This document shows positions 17,913-26,365 of a DNA stretch of 60,273 nt, piece by piece. The notes beneath the pieces were generated by a model. The model saw only the letters and a program-made list of their open reading frames with translations. It was not told where the DNA came from and made no database searches. The stretch's first letter is position 1, and the number at the start of each line of letters is the position of its first letter. Both the position numbers and the translations under genes were made by a program. Source of the DNA: an uncultured Clostridium sp. (GTDB lineage: Bacteria > Bacillota > Clostridia > Oscillospirales > CAG-272); NCBI GenBank assembly GCA_964427175.1, contig CAYRTP010000002.1:12084-72356 (forward strand), given 5' to 3'.

Positions 17913-18030
17913 TGTGGGGCACCACTTCGCGCGTTCTCCCGTTCCCAAAATCTATCGCGGGGATGGGGCCCCGCTGACGTAGGATATCCTTCCGTCAAAC
18001 AGCAAGTAAACACATATACGAAATATGTTT

Positions 18031-18102
18031 TAAAAGTTCTTGGGGTCAAGCCCTTCTTTCAAGAAGGGCTTGCGGGTGCAGGGCAGAGCCCTGCCGCTCC
18101 CC
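18031..18102 (+). repeat. Bipartite-hairpin intergenic repeat (REP family 2), copy a
   Basis: aaagttcttggggtc + hairpin aagcccttc-tttc-aagaagggctt + gcggg + hairpin cagggcagagccctg. Confidence 0.85.
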
Positions 18103-18107
18103 TTTCC

Positions 18108-19238
18108 TTATTCCCAAATTCTTCTGACGGGCTTGTGAGCCTTTACCGAATGAACCATACCGATGAGGATGTAGGTGGCCAGCAGAGAGGAGCCGCCGCA
18201 GGAGAGGAAGGGAAGGGTAATACCCACCACGGGCAGGATGGCCAGGCACATTCCCACGTTTTCGAGGATCTGGGCGATGAGTACCGCCGCAACGCCCGCC
18301 GCGATGAACATACCGTAGTCGTGGCTTGCCTGCCGACCGATCCACAGCACCCGTACCACCAGCACCGCCAGGGCCAGGATGACCAGGGTTCCGCCGATGA
18401 AGCCGAACTTTTCGCAGATGGTGGCCAGGATGAAGTCGGTGTGGGAGGCGGTGAGCTGTTCGTAGTCGCCGCCATTCTGCCAGCCGACTCCGAACAGACC
18501 GCCGTTTTCCATGCATTGCTTGGAGAGCAGAGGCTGCCAGCCCTTGTCCATGGGGTCCAGCTCGGGATTGAAGCCCACCACGATGCGGTCCTGCTGGTAG
18601 GAGGCCAAAAAGTCCCACAGGAAGGGGAAGGCCACCGCCACCACACCGCCCAGGGCGGCGAAGTACCCCCAATGGAGTCCCGCGGCAAAGAGCATGATGA
18701 GCACCATCACCATGTACACCAGGGCCACGCCCAAATCTCCCGAAACCAGGATGAGTCCCACGATCAGCAGGGCGTGAAGTCCCAGCCCCACGATGGAGCG
18801 GAACTGGTTGATGGTGGCCCGTACCGAGGACAAATGCTTGGCAAAGGTGCAGGTGAAGGTGATCTTGACGAACTCCGAGGGCTGGATGGCGATGCCGATG
18901 CCGGGAATGGTCAGCCAGCTCTTGTTGGCGGTCTCTACGCCCGCGCCGGTGTCACCCGCCACCAGGGTCAGTCCCAAAATGCCCACCGAGAAAAGGAGCA
19001 TGACCGCCCACAGACGGTCCAAAATCACGTGATAGTCCAGATTGGCCACGACGAAGGTGAGGATCACCCCCATGACCGTCATGGCGAACTGCATCCTCAG
19101 CTTGCTCATACCGAAGTTGTCCACCGCGCCGTACACCGTCAAAAGGCTGACCAGCGACAGAAACGTGGTGCAGATCAAGAGAATGGGGTCCACGCGGCGC
19201 ACCGCGTCGGACAGAAATAATTTCATTTTCTCACCCAT
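18108..19238 (-). CDS. rodA: FtsW/RodA/SpoVE family peptidoglycan glycosyltransferase
   Basis: IQPSEFVKI, GDLG, SHTDFI, EKFGFIGG, GITLPFLSCGGSS motifs; RBS aaaggag. Confidence 0.85.
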   Translation of the reverse strand: MGEKMKLFLSDAVRRVDPILLICTTFLSLVSLLTVYGAVDNFGMSKLRMQFAMTVMGVILTFVVANLDYHVILDRLWAVMLLFSVGILGLTLVAGDTGAGVETANKSWLTIPGIGIAIQPSEFVKITFTCTFAKHLSSVRATINQFRSIVGLGLHALLIVGLILVSGDLGVALVYMVMVLIMLFAAGLHWGYFAALGGVVAVAFPFLWDFLASYQQDRIVVGFNPELDPMDKGWQPLLSKQCMENGGLFGVGWQNGGDYEQLTASHTDFILATICEKFGFIGGTLVILALAVLVVRVLWIGRQASHDYGMFIAAGVAAVLIAQILENVGMCLAILPVVGITLPFLSCGGSSLLATYILIGMVHSVKAHKPVRRIWE

Positions 19239-19267
19239 AACGGTGCTCCTTTCGTGGGGGATGCATA

Positions 19268-19380
19268 AGTGAAGAGTGAAAAGTGAAGGAGCAAACCCCT
19301 GCGGGGTTTGTCCGTTTTATTTATATATCAGAAACCCGAAGGGTTTCTTTCCTCACTTTTTCACTTTTCACTCTTCCTTC
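19268..19380. repeat. Complex palindromic element between proS and rodA
   Basis: 17-bp perfect inverted repeat gaagagtgaaaagtgaa (19271-19287) / ttcacttttcactcttc (19360-19376). It encloses hairpins caaacccc-tgc-ggggtttg and gaaaccc-gaa-gggtttc. Confidence 0.8.
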
Positions 19381-19389
19381 TTCACTGTT

Positions 19390-19428
19390 AAGATTCAAAA
19401 GGAGGGCAGAGCCCTCCTTTTGAATCTT
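19390..19428 (-). terminator. 18-bp perfect stem-loop overlapping the proS stop codon (terminator or REP-like; no U-run)
   Basis: aagattcaaaaggagggc-aga-gccctccttttgaatctt. Confidence 0.5.
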
Positions 19429-20869
19429 AATACTGACGGCCCCAGACAACCAGGTGCTTGGCGGGCTTGCCGCAGCAGGCGCAGACATCGGAGGGAGCCT
19501 CGTGCTCGCCGAAGGGGATGCAACGGGACTTGACACCGCCGGTCTCATCCTTGAGCTGATCCTCGCAAGCGGAATCACCGCACCACATAGCCTTGATGTA
19601 GCCGGGCTTGTTGGCGGCAATGTCCAGGAACTCCTCGTGGTTGTGGGCGACGTGGGTCTTCTCGGCCAGGTTGCGCTCGCAACGGGCTACCAGCTCGTTG
19701 TGGACCTGATCCAGCATAGCGGCGACCTCGGCCTCGATATTATCCAGGGAGACGAACTTCTTCTCGCGGGTCACGCGGCTGACCAGGACGCAGGAGTTGT
19801 TGGCGATATCGCGGGGACCGATCTCCAGACGGACGGGCACACCCTTCATCTCGTACTGGCTGAACTTCCAACCGGCGGAGTTGTCGGAGTCGTCCAGCTT
19901 GACGCGCAGACCGGCGGCGATCAGGCGGTTCTTGAGGGTGTTGGCGTTCTCCAAAACCCCCTCCTTGTGCTGGGCGGCGGGGATGATGACCACCTGGATG
20001 GGGGCGATACGGGGAGGCAGGATCAGACCGCTGTCGTCACCGTGGGCCATGATGATGGCACCGATCATACGGGTGGATACGCCCCAAGAGGTCTGATGGG
20101 GATGACGGACCTTGTTCTCGCGGTCGGTGAAGGTGATGTCAAATGCCTCGGCAAAGCCGGTGCCGAAGTAGTGGGAGGTACCGCCCTGGAGGGCAACGCC
20201 GTTGTGCATCATGGGCTCGATGGTGTAGGTCTCCACGGCACCCGCGAACTTCTCCTTCTCGGTCTTCTGACCCGTGATGGCGGGGATAGCCAGGGAGTCG
20301 CGGTAGAAGTCCTCGTAGACCTTCAGCATCTGGATGGTCTCGGCGCGGGCCTCGTCCTCGGTCTCGTGCATGGTGTGACCCTCCTGCCAGAGGAACTCGG
20401 AGGTACGCAGGAAGGGACGGGTGGTCTTCTCCCAACGGACCACGTTGCACCACTGGTTGTACAGCTTGGGCAGGTCGCGGTAGGAGTGGATGATGTCCTT
20501 ATAGTGCTCGCAGAACAGGGTCTCGGAGGTGGGACGGACGATGAGACGCTCGGCCAGGGTATTCTGACCGCCGATGGTGACCACGGCGCACTCGGGCGCG
20601 AAGCCCTCAACGTGGTCCTTCTCCTTCTGGAGCAGGCTCTCGGGAATGAACATGGGCATACAAACGTTCTCGTGGCCCAGCGCCTTGAAGCGGGCATCCA
20701 GGTCCTTCTGAATGTTTTCCCAAATGGCGTAGCCGTAGGGACGGATGACCATGCATCCCTTCACGCCGGAGTAATCGGCCAGCTCGGCCTTCTTGACCAC
20801 GTCGGTGTACCATTGGGTAAAGTCCACGTCCATGGAAGTGATTTGTTCGACAAGTTTATCCTTTGCCAT
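19427..20869 (-). CDS. proS: Proline--tRNA ligase (short archaeal/eukaryote-like form)
   Basis: [24 protein letters not shown], class II motifs, C-terminal CxxC...CC Zn-binding tail. Confidence 0.92.
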   Translation of the reverse strand: MAKDKLVEQITSMDVDFTQWYTDVVKKAELADYSGVKGCMVIRPYGYAIWENIQKDLDARFKALGHENVCMPMFIPESLLQKEKDHVEGFAPECAVVTIGGQNTLAERLIVRPTSETLFCEHYKDIIHSYRDLPKLYNQWCNVVRWEKTTRPFLRTSEFLWQEGHTMHETEDEARAETIQMLKVYEDFYRDSLAIPAITGQKTEKEKFAGAVETYTIEPMMHNGVALQGGTSHYFGTGFAEAFDITFTDRENKVRHPHQTSWGVSTRMIGAIIMAHGDDSGLILPPRIAPIQVVIIPAAQHKEGVLENANTLKNRLIAAGLRVKLDDSDNSAGWKFSQYEMKGVPVRLEIGPRDIANNSCVLVSRVTREKKFVSLDNIEAEVAAMLDQVHNELVARCERNLAEKTHVAHNHEEFLDIAANKPGYIKAMWCGDSACEDQLKDETGGVKSRCIPFGEHEAPSDVCACCGKPAKHLVVWGRQY

Positions 20870-20914
20870 ATTGTAAAACCTTCTTTCTCGGTGTGATAAT
20901 CATATAGATATTTT

Positions 20915-20943
20915 ATTATAACTCATGGCGGGGATTTTGTCAA
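20915..20943 (-). promoter_or_regulatory. Promoter of proS
   Basis: Minus strand reads ttgaca, 17 nt, tataat. Confidence 0.75.
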
Positions 20944-20964
20944 GGGGGGCAGGGGATTTTTTGG

Positions 20965-20998
20965 AAAAAACACGGCACCCCAAAAAGGATGCCGTGTC
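20965..20998 (-). terminator. Rho-independent terminator of GH3 gene
   Basis: Minus strand acacggcatcc-ttttt-ggggtgccgtgt followed by tttttt. Confidence 0.85.
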
Positions 20999-21012
20999 AA
21001 ATATCAAAGGAA

Positions 21013-23265
21013 TTAACGAATGGTAATGGTCTCGGTCAACCGAATATCCGCCGAGGACGCGCCCACCATGATCTTGAAGTCACCGGGCTCGACCACCCAC
21101 TTCCAGTCGCGGTTCAGGAGCTTGAAGTCGTCAAAGCCCAGGATGAAGGTGATCTCGCGGGACTCGCCTGCCTCCAGGCTGATGCGCTTGAACTTGCGCA
21201 GGAGCTTTTCGGGGGTGACGATGGAGGATTCGGGATCGTTGACGTAGAGCTGGGCAACCTCATCACCGGCTACGTCGCCCACGTTCTTGACCGTGAAGGT
21301 CACCTCCTGGCGGTAATCGCCCAGGGGCTTGATGGCCAGGTCGCTGTACTCGAACTTGGTGTAGGACAGACCGTGACCGAAGGGGTACTTGGGATCGGTG
21401 GGACCCTCGTAGTACTGGCAGGAGCCGCCGGGGAGACGGGTGTAGTAGCAGGGAACCATGCCCTCATGATGGGGGTAGGATACGGTCAGACGGCCCGCAG
21501 GGTTGATATCGCCCGCCAGAGCCTTGACGATGGCCTTGGCACCGAACTCACCGCCGAAGCCGGCCACCACCATGGCCTTACAAACGGGAGCCTCCTCCGA
21601 GAGGTCAACGGCCTTACCGTTCTCGAGAACCAGGACCACGGGGGTGCCCGTCTCGGCTACCTTGAGGATCAGCTCACGCTGACGGCCTGCCAGTACCAGC
21701 TTGGAGCGGTCGTGACCCTCGCCGCTGGTGATGGTGTTGTCACCGCAGACCAGGATGGCCAGCTCGGCCTCCTTGGCGATGGCGACTGCATCCTCGATCA
21801 TATCGTCGATGTCCGCCTCCAGAACCTGGGTCAGGTGGGGCTGACCGTCCACGTACAGGACGCTCTGGCCCTTGGTGTGGGAGATGGCGCAACCGTCGCA
21901 CTGGCGGATCTCGGCCTCGGGATAACGCTCCTTCAGCTCATCGTACACCGACTTGATGGTGTAGCCGCGGGGCTTGGAGGAGTAGCCGCCGATCTTTTGA
22001 GAAGCGGAGGAAGGACCGATGACGGCGATCTTCTTGTAGCCGTCCTTGAGGGGCAGGATGCCGTCGTTGGTCAGAAGCACCATAGCCTCCTCGGCGGCCT
22101 TCAGGGAGACGGCGGCGTGCTTGTCGCAACGCATGACCGACTTGTAGGTATCGGGGTCCACGTAGGGATTCTCAAAGAGACCCAGCTCGAACTTCATCTT
22201 CAGGATACGGAGCACCGAATCGTCGATGCCCGACTCGGACAGCTTGCCCTCCAGCACCAGTCCGCGGACCATGGATGCCCAGTGGCGGGCATCGAAGTCA
22301 CAGCAGCCCTGCATATCCAGGCCGCCCGACAGGCAGCGGCGGACGCACTCCTCGGCGGTGGTGGCGACGTGGTGATGGTTGCGCAGACGGCCTACACCGC
22401 CCCAGTCAGCACGGGAAATACCCCGCATACCCCAACGCTCCTTGAGGACTTCCTTCATATAGTAGGGGCTCTCGGTGACCACCTCGCCGTCGATGCTGTT
22501 GTAGCAGGACATGACGTTGTAGGCACCGCCGCGGGTAATGCCCGCCTCGAATACGGGCAGGTAGACGGTCTCCACCTCGCGGCGGCCGACGCGGGCGGGG
22601 GCGCAGTTGATACCGCCCTCGGGAATACCGTAGACGCAGTAGTGCTTGGGTTCACAGATGATGGCATCACCGCGGGAGATGTCGCCCTTCTGCTCACCCG
22701 AAATGATGGCCGCGGCCATCTCGGAGGACAGGTAGGTATCCTCACCGAAGGTCTCTTCGGTACGGCCCCAGCGGGGATCGCGGGCCACGTCCAGGTTGGG
22801 GGCCAGGATCTCGTGGTGGCCCAGGGCGCGGGTCTCGGTGGCGATGCCGTCACCGATGGCGTTGATCAACTCAGGGTCGAAGGTCTGGGACAGGGTCAGA
22901 GGAACCGGGAAGATGGAGCAACCGGCGAACTCCAGACCGTGGAGGGCCTCACCCGTGAAAATGGCGGGGATACCCAGGCGGGTCTTCTCCACCAGGATCT
23001 TCTGCAGGCGGTTCTTGATGTGGGGAACCGAGTAGATATCGTGGATGTAGCCGATACCCTCGGTCTTCACGTATTCCGTATACTTGTCCTCGATGAAGGT
23101 GTCATCGGGCTCGACGGTGCAGGAATACACCCGATTGCTTTCCTCGTGGAATTCCGAGCCGCGGATGATGTTGATCTGGGCGATCTTCTCCTCCAGGGTC
23201 ATTCTGGCCAGCAGGTCGCGGGCACGCTCCTCGGGGGTCAGAGCGGGATTCTTGTATGCTTCCAT
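21013..23265 (-). CDS. Glycoside hydrolase family 3 (beta-glucosidase/xylosidase-like)
   Basis: LTPEERARDLLARMTLEEKIAQ, GH3 N- and C-terminal domains and a fibronectin-like tail recognisable. Confidence 0.85.
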   Translation of the reverse strand: MEAYKNPALTPEERARDLLARMTLEEKIAQINIIRGSEFHEESNRVYSCTVEPDDTFIEDKYTEYVKTEGIGYIHDIYSVPHIKNRLQKILVEKTRLGIPAIFTGEALHGLEFAGCSIFPVPLTLSQTFDPELINAIGDGIATETRALGHHEILAPNLDVARDPRWGRTEETFGEDTYLSSEMAAAIISGEQKGDISRGDAIICEPKHYCVYGIPEGGINCAPARVGRREVETVYLPVFEAGITRGGAYNVMSCYNSIDGEVVTESPYYMKEVLKERWGMRGISRADWGGVGRLRNHHHVATTAEECVRRCLSGGLDMQGCCDFDARHWASMVRGLVLEGKLSESGIDDSVLRILKMKFELGLFENPYVDPDTYKSVMRCDKHAAVSLKAAEEAMVLLTNDGILPLKDGYKKIAVIGPSSASQKIGGYSSKPRGYTIKSVYDELKERYPEAEIRQCDGCAISHTKGQSVLYVDGQPHLTQVLEADIDDMIEDAVAIAKEAELAILVCGDNTITSGEGHDRSKLVLAGRQRELILKVAETGTPVVLVLENGKAVDLSEEAPVCKAMVVAGFGGEFGAKAIVKALAGDINPAGRLTVSYPHHEGMVPCYYTRLPGGSCQYYEGPTDPKYPFGHGLSYTKFEYSDLAIKPLGDYRQEVTFTVKNVGDVAGDEVAQLYVNDPESSIVTPEKLLRKFKRISLEAGESREITFILGFDDFKLLNRDWKWVVEPGDFKIMVGASSADIRLTETITIR

Positions 23266-23303
23266 AAGAGTGATCTCCTTTGGTTGTAAATTTTTGTATA
23301 AAA

Positions 23304-23332
23304 ATTATACCATGGTTTTTCCTGCTTGTCAA
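23304..23332 (-). promoter_or_regulatory. Promoter of GH3 gene
   Basis: Minus strand ttgaca, 17 nt, tataat. Confidence 0.7.
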
Positions 23333-23442
23333 GCAATATTGCGAAATTGTCCGATAATATTGCAAAAAATATCCTCCTCCGCAGATGGGCAAAAGAACAA
23401 AATTTTCCCGACAAAATTCACAAATTTCCTGTCCAAACCCTC

Positions 23443-23471
23443 TTGCTATTCCTTCGCATATATGGTATAAT
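23443..23471 (+). promoter_or_regulatory. Promoter of maf-mreB cluster
   Basis: ttgcta, 17 nt, tataat with TGn extended -10. Confidence 0.6.
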
Positions 23472-23527
23472 AATATATTATGATTACTATGGGGGACTGT
23501 TCCCCTGCCGAAAGGAAGCCCCGCGAC

Positions 23528-24112
23528 ATGAAACTGATCCTGGCATCCGCCTCTCCCCGCAGGCGGGAGATCCTGACCACCCTGGGGGTGGATTTCACCG
23601 TCCGTACCGCTGACGCGGACGAGACCTGTTTTCTGACCGATCCCGGGGAGCGCGTGGAGGCCATTTCCCTGAAGAAGTGCCTGGCCGTGCGGGATCTGTT
23701 GGAGTCCGAGGGGGCTTTGGATCCCGAGACCGTCATCCTGGCCTCGGATACCCTGGTGACCCTGGATGGGCAGTTTTTGGGCAAGCCCGCAGACGAGGCG
23801 GATATCTACCGCATGATAGCCCTGTTGCAGGGACGCACCCACACCGTGGCCAGCGGATTGGCCATCTGGAAGGACGGTCGGACGGTCACATCCCACGAGC
23901 TGACGGGGGTGACCTTTGCCCCCATGGATGAGGCCGAGATCTGGGCCTACGCGCAGACGGGGGAGTCCTTCGGTAAGGCGGGCGCCTACGCCATTCAGGG
24001 CTACGCATCCCGTTACATCACGGGCATTGAGGGAGACTACTTCAACGTGGTCGGCCTCCCCGTCAGACGGCTGTACGAGACCCTCCGCGAGGGCTTCGGC
24101 ATAATTTTGTAA
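23528..24112 (+). CDS. maf: Maf-like nucleoside triphosphate pyrophosphatase / septum formation protein
   Basis: MKLILASASPRRREIL, GKAGAYAIQG. Confidence 0.88.
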   Translation: MKLILASASPRRREILTTLGVDFTVRTADADETCFLTDPGERVEAISLKKCLAVRDLLESEGALDPETVILASDTLVTLDGQFLGKPADEADIYRMIALLQGRTHTVASGLAIWKDGRTVTSHELTGVTFAPMDEAEIWAYAQTGESFGKAGAYAIQGYASRYITGIEGDYFNVVGLPVRRLYETLREGFGIIL

Positions 24113-24166
24113 GTTTCGATAGCAGTACCGCGCGCCTCGGCGCATCAACAGGAAAGGAGGGGCATC

Positions 24167-25174
24167 ATGGCCCGTATGGTTGGACTTGACATGGGAACCA
24201 CATATACCCGCATCTGGACCCAGGACGGCGGGGTCGTTTTGCGCTGTCCCTCGGCGGCGGCTATTGACGGCCAGACCCGCAAGCTGGTGGCCCTGGGCGC
24301 GGAAGCACGCAAGATGCTGGGCAAGACCCCCCAGGATATCCTGGCCTCCTGCCCCATCAAGGAGGGCATGGTCTCGGAATTCGACGTGGCGGCCCGTATG
24401 GTCCGCGCCATGTTCCTCAATAAGAAGATCTGCACCACCTTCAACCGCCCGGCGGTTCTCCTGGCTACCCCCTACCGCATCGACCAGGTGCTGCAGTTGG
24501 CCGCCGAGAATACCGTCATTGAGGCGGGGGCGCGGGCGGTAGCCCAAATTCCCGCCATCTTCGCCGCCGCCGCGGGCGCGGGCTTGCGGGTGGCCTCCCC
24601 ACGCGGGTGCATGATCCTGGACATTGGCGGAGGCCTTTCGGAGGTCGCCGTCATCAGCCTGGGCGGCATCATCGCAGGCCGCTCCCTCAAGGTCGCGGGC
24701 GAGCGATTCGACGCGGCCATCATGAATTACTTAAAGCAAAAGCGTAACCTGGTGGTGGGAATCGCCACCGCCGAGGAGCTGCGGGTCCGCATCGGAGTCT
24801 GCATCCCCAGCCTGGACCGAGGCAGTATGACGGTCTACGGGCGGAACGCCCGCACGGGACTGGCCTCCCGCCAGGAGGTCTTTTCCTCCGAGATCTGCGA
24901 GGCCATCACCCCCGCCATCGTGGCCATCGCCCGCACCGCCACCAGCCTTCTGGAGGAGGTGCCCCCCGAGATCGCCACCGACATCTACAATTTCGGCATC
25001 ATGCTGACCGGCGGATGCGCCCTGCTTCCGGGCATTGCCGATGCCCTGGCCCGTGAGACCGGCCTCCGCATCACCGTAGCCCCTCAGCCCCGCGACTCGG
25101 TCATCCACGGCCTGGGCCGTATCCTCCGCCAGCCGACCCTGTGGGGAACCCCCATCGAGTATCGCTTAAAGTAA
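24167..25174 (+). CDS. mreB: Rod shape-determining actin homolog MreB/Mbl
   Basis: GLDMGTTYTRIW, ILDIGGG, MLTGGCALLPG; RBS aaaggagg. Confidence 0.88.
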   Translation: MARMVGLDMGTTYTRIWTQDGGVVLRCPSAAAIDGQTRKLVALGAEARKMLGKTPQDILASCPIKEGMVSEFDVAARMVRAMFLNKKICTTFNRPAVLLATPYRIDQVLQLAAENTVIEAGARAVAQIPAIFAAAAGAGLRVASPRGCMILDIGGGLSEVAVISLGGIIAGRSLKVAGERFDAAIMNYLKQKRNLVVGIATAEELRVRIGVCIPSLDRGSMTVYGRNARTGLASRQEVFSSEICEAITPAIVAIARTATSLLEEVPPEIATDIYNFGIMLTGGCALLPGIADALARETGLRITVAPQPRDSVIHGLGRILRQPTLWGTPIEYRLK

Positions 25175-25242
25175 AAACCATATGCCCGCAGGGCATATAT
25201 CATGCGCCCCCTCCGCAAAAACCTTTCTCCAAGGAGTTCATC

Positions 25243-26316
25243 ATGGACAACCCCTACTACACCACCCCCGATGCCCCCGAGGCATCTGAAGCCCTCGCCC
25301 CCGTTACGGCCGAGCCCTCCGAGGTGCGCCGTCACTTCTCCAAGCTGGGCCTGGCCTACCTGACCATGACCGTGGCCTTCATGGCGGCGGCTTACGCGGT
25401 CCAGTTTGCCCTGCTGTTCTTTTGTCCCGATCTGTTGAACGCCTGGTGGATGCGCTGGGCGGTGTCCCTGATCCCCCTGTACGGGGTGGGTCTGCCCGTG
25501 CTGTGGCTCATGCTGCGAAAGATCCCCGCGGGACCCCACAATCCCGATTGTACCGAGAAGGGGCTGATCTGCGATAAGCCCGCCTTTAGCTGGAAGCACT
25601 GGTTCATCCTGCTGATCATCGCCTTCGGCTGTGTGACGGCGGGAAGCATCCTGGGCAACATCATCATGGCGGTCATGTCGGCCGTCATGCAGTACGATTA
25701 CGCCTTCGCCCTCAACAGCATGGTCTACGATACCCCCATCTGGTTCACCTTCATCTGCACCTGCGTCTGCGCCCCCCTGGGGGAGGAGCTGTTGTTCCGC
25801 AAGCTTCTCATTGACCGCACCCGCCGCTTTGGTGACTGGACCGCCATCCTGCTCTCGGGGCTTTTGTTCGGCCTGTTCCACGGCAACCTGTTCCAGTTCT
25901 TCTACGCCGCCCTGGTGGGTATGCTTCTGGCCTACGTCTACACGCGGTCGGGGAATATCCGATGGTGCGTGGCGATGCACGCCGCCATCAACTTCATGGG
26001 GAGCATCGTCATCCCCGCCCTGGGTAAGCTGATCACCCCCTACCTGTCGGCGGAGGAGCTTACTCCCGAGGTGATGATGGACCCCTCCTTCCTGCTGGCC
26101 ATGATGGTGAGCCTGCTCCTGTCGGCCTGGCAGTACGGGATGCTCATCGCGGGCATCACCCTGTTCTGCATTTACTTCAAACGCCGTAAGCTGTCCCGCG
26201 GTATCGCCCTCCCCGAGGGGAGCCGTGCCTCGGCCCTGGCCCTGGTCAACCCCGGTATGATCGCCTGTTTGGTCATCATGTTGTTGTTGCTGGCGGTCAA
26301 TCTCATTCCCGTCTGA
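25243..26316 (+). CDS. CPBP family intramembrane glutamic endopeptidase (CAAX protease-like)
   Basis: PLGEELLFRKLL, LFGLFHGN, AMHAAINF motifs; RBS aaggag. Confidence 0.8.
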   Translation: MDNPYYTTPDAPEASEALAPVTAEPSEVRRHFSKLGLAYLTMTVAFMAAAYAVQFALLFFCPDLLNAWWMRWAVSLIPLYGVGLPVLWLMLRKIPAGPHNPDCTEKGLICDKPAFSWKHWFILLIIAFGCVTAGSILGNIIMAVMSAVMQYDYAFALNSMVYDTPIWFTFICTCVCAPLGEELLFRKLLIDRTRRFGDWTAILLSGLLFGLFHGNLFQFFYAALVGMLLAYVYTRSGNIRWCVAMHAAINFMGSIVIPALGKLITPYLSAEELTPEVMMDPSFLLAMMVSLLLSAWQYGMLIAGITLFCIYFKRRKLSRGIALPEGSRASALALVNPGMIACLVIMLLLLAVNLIPV

Positions 26317-26365
26317 TCAGGATCCGAAATCCCATCCCCAAGAATCCCCGAAAGGAGCCACCGCC

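Noticed and set aside
20870-21012. T-box leader upstream of proS
   Set aside because: Only ~140 nt lie between proS and the GH3 stop. They are occupied by a terminator and a consensus promoter, too short for a T-box, and I saw no specifier or T-box sequence.
20989-23289. 766-aa plus-strand ORF opposite the GH3 gene
   Set aside because: It is a shadow ORF. The GH3 frame on the minus strand has the family motifs, SD, promoter and terminator.
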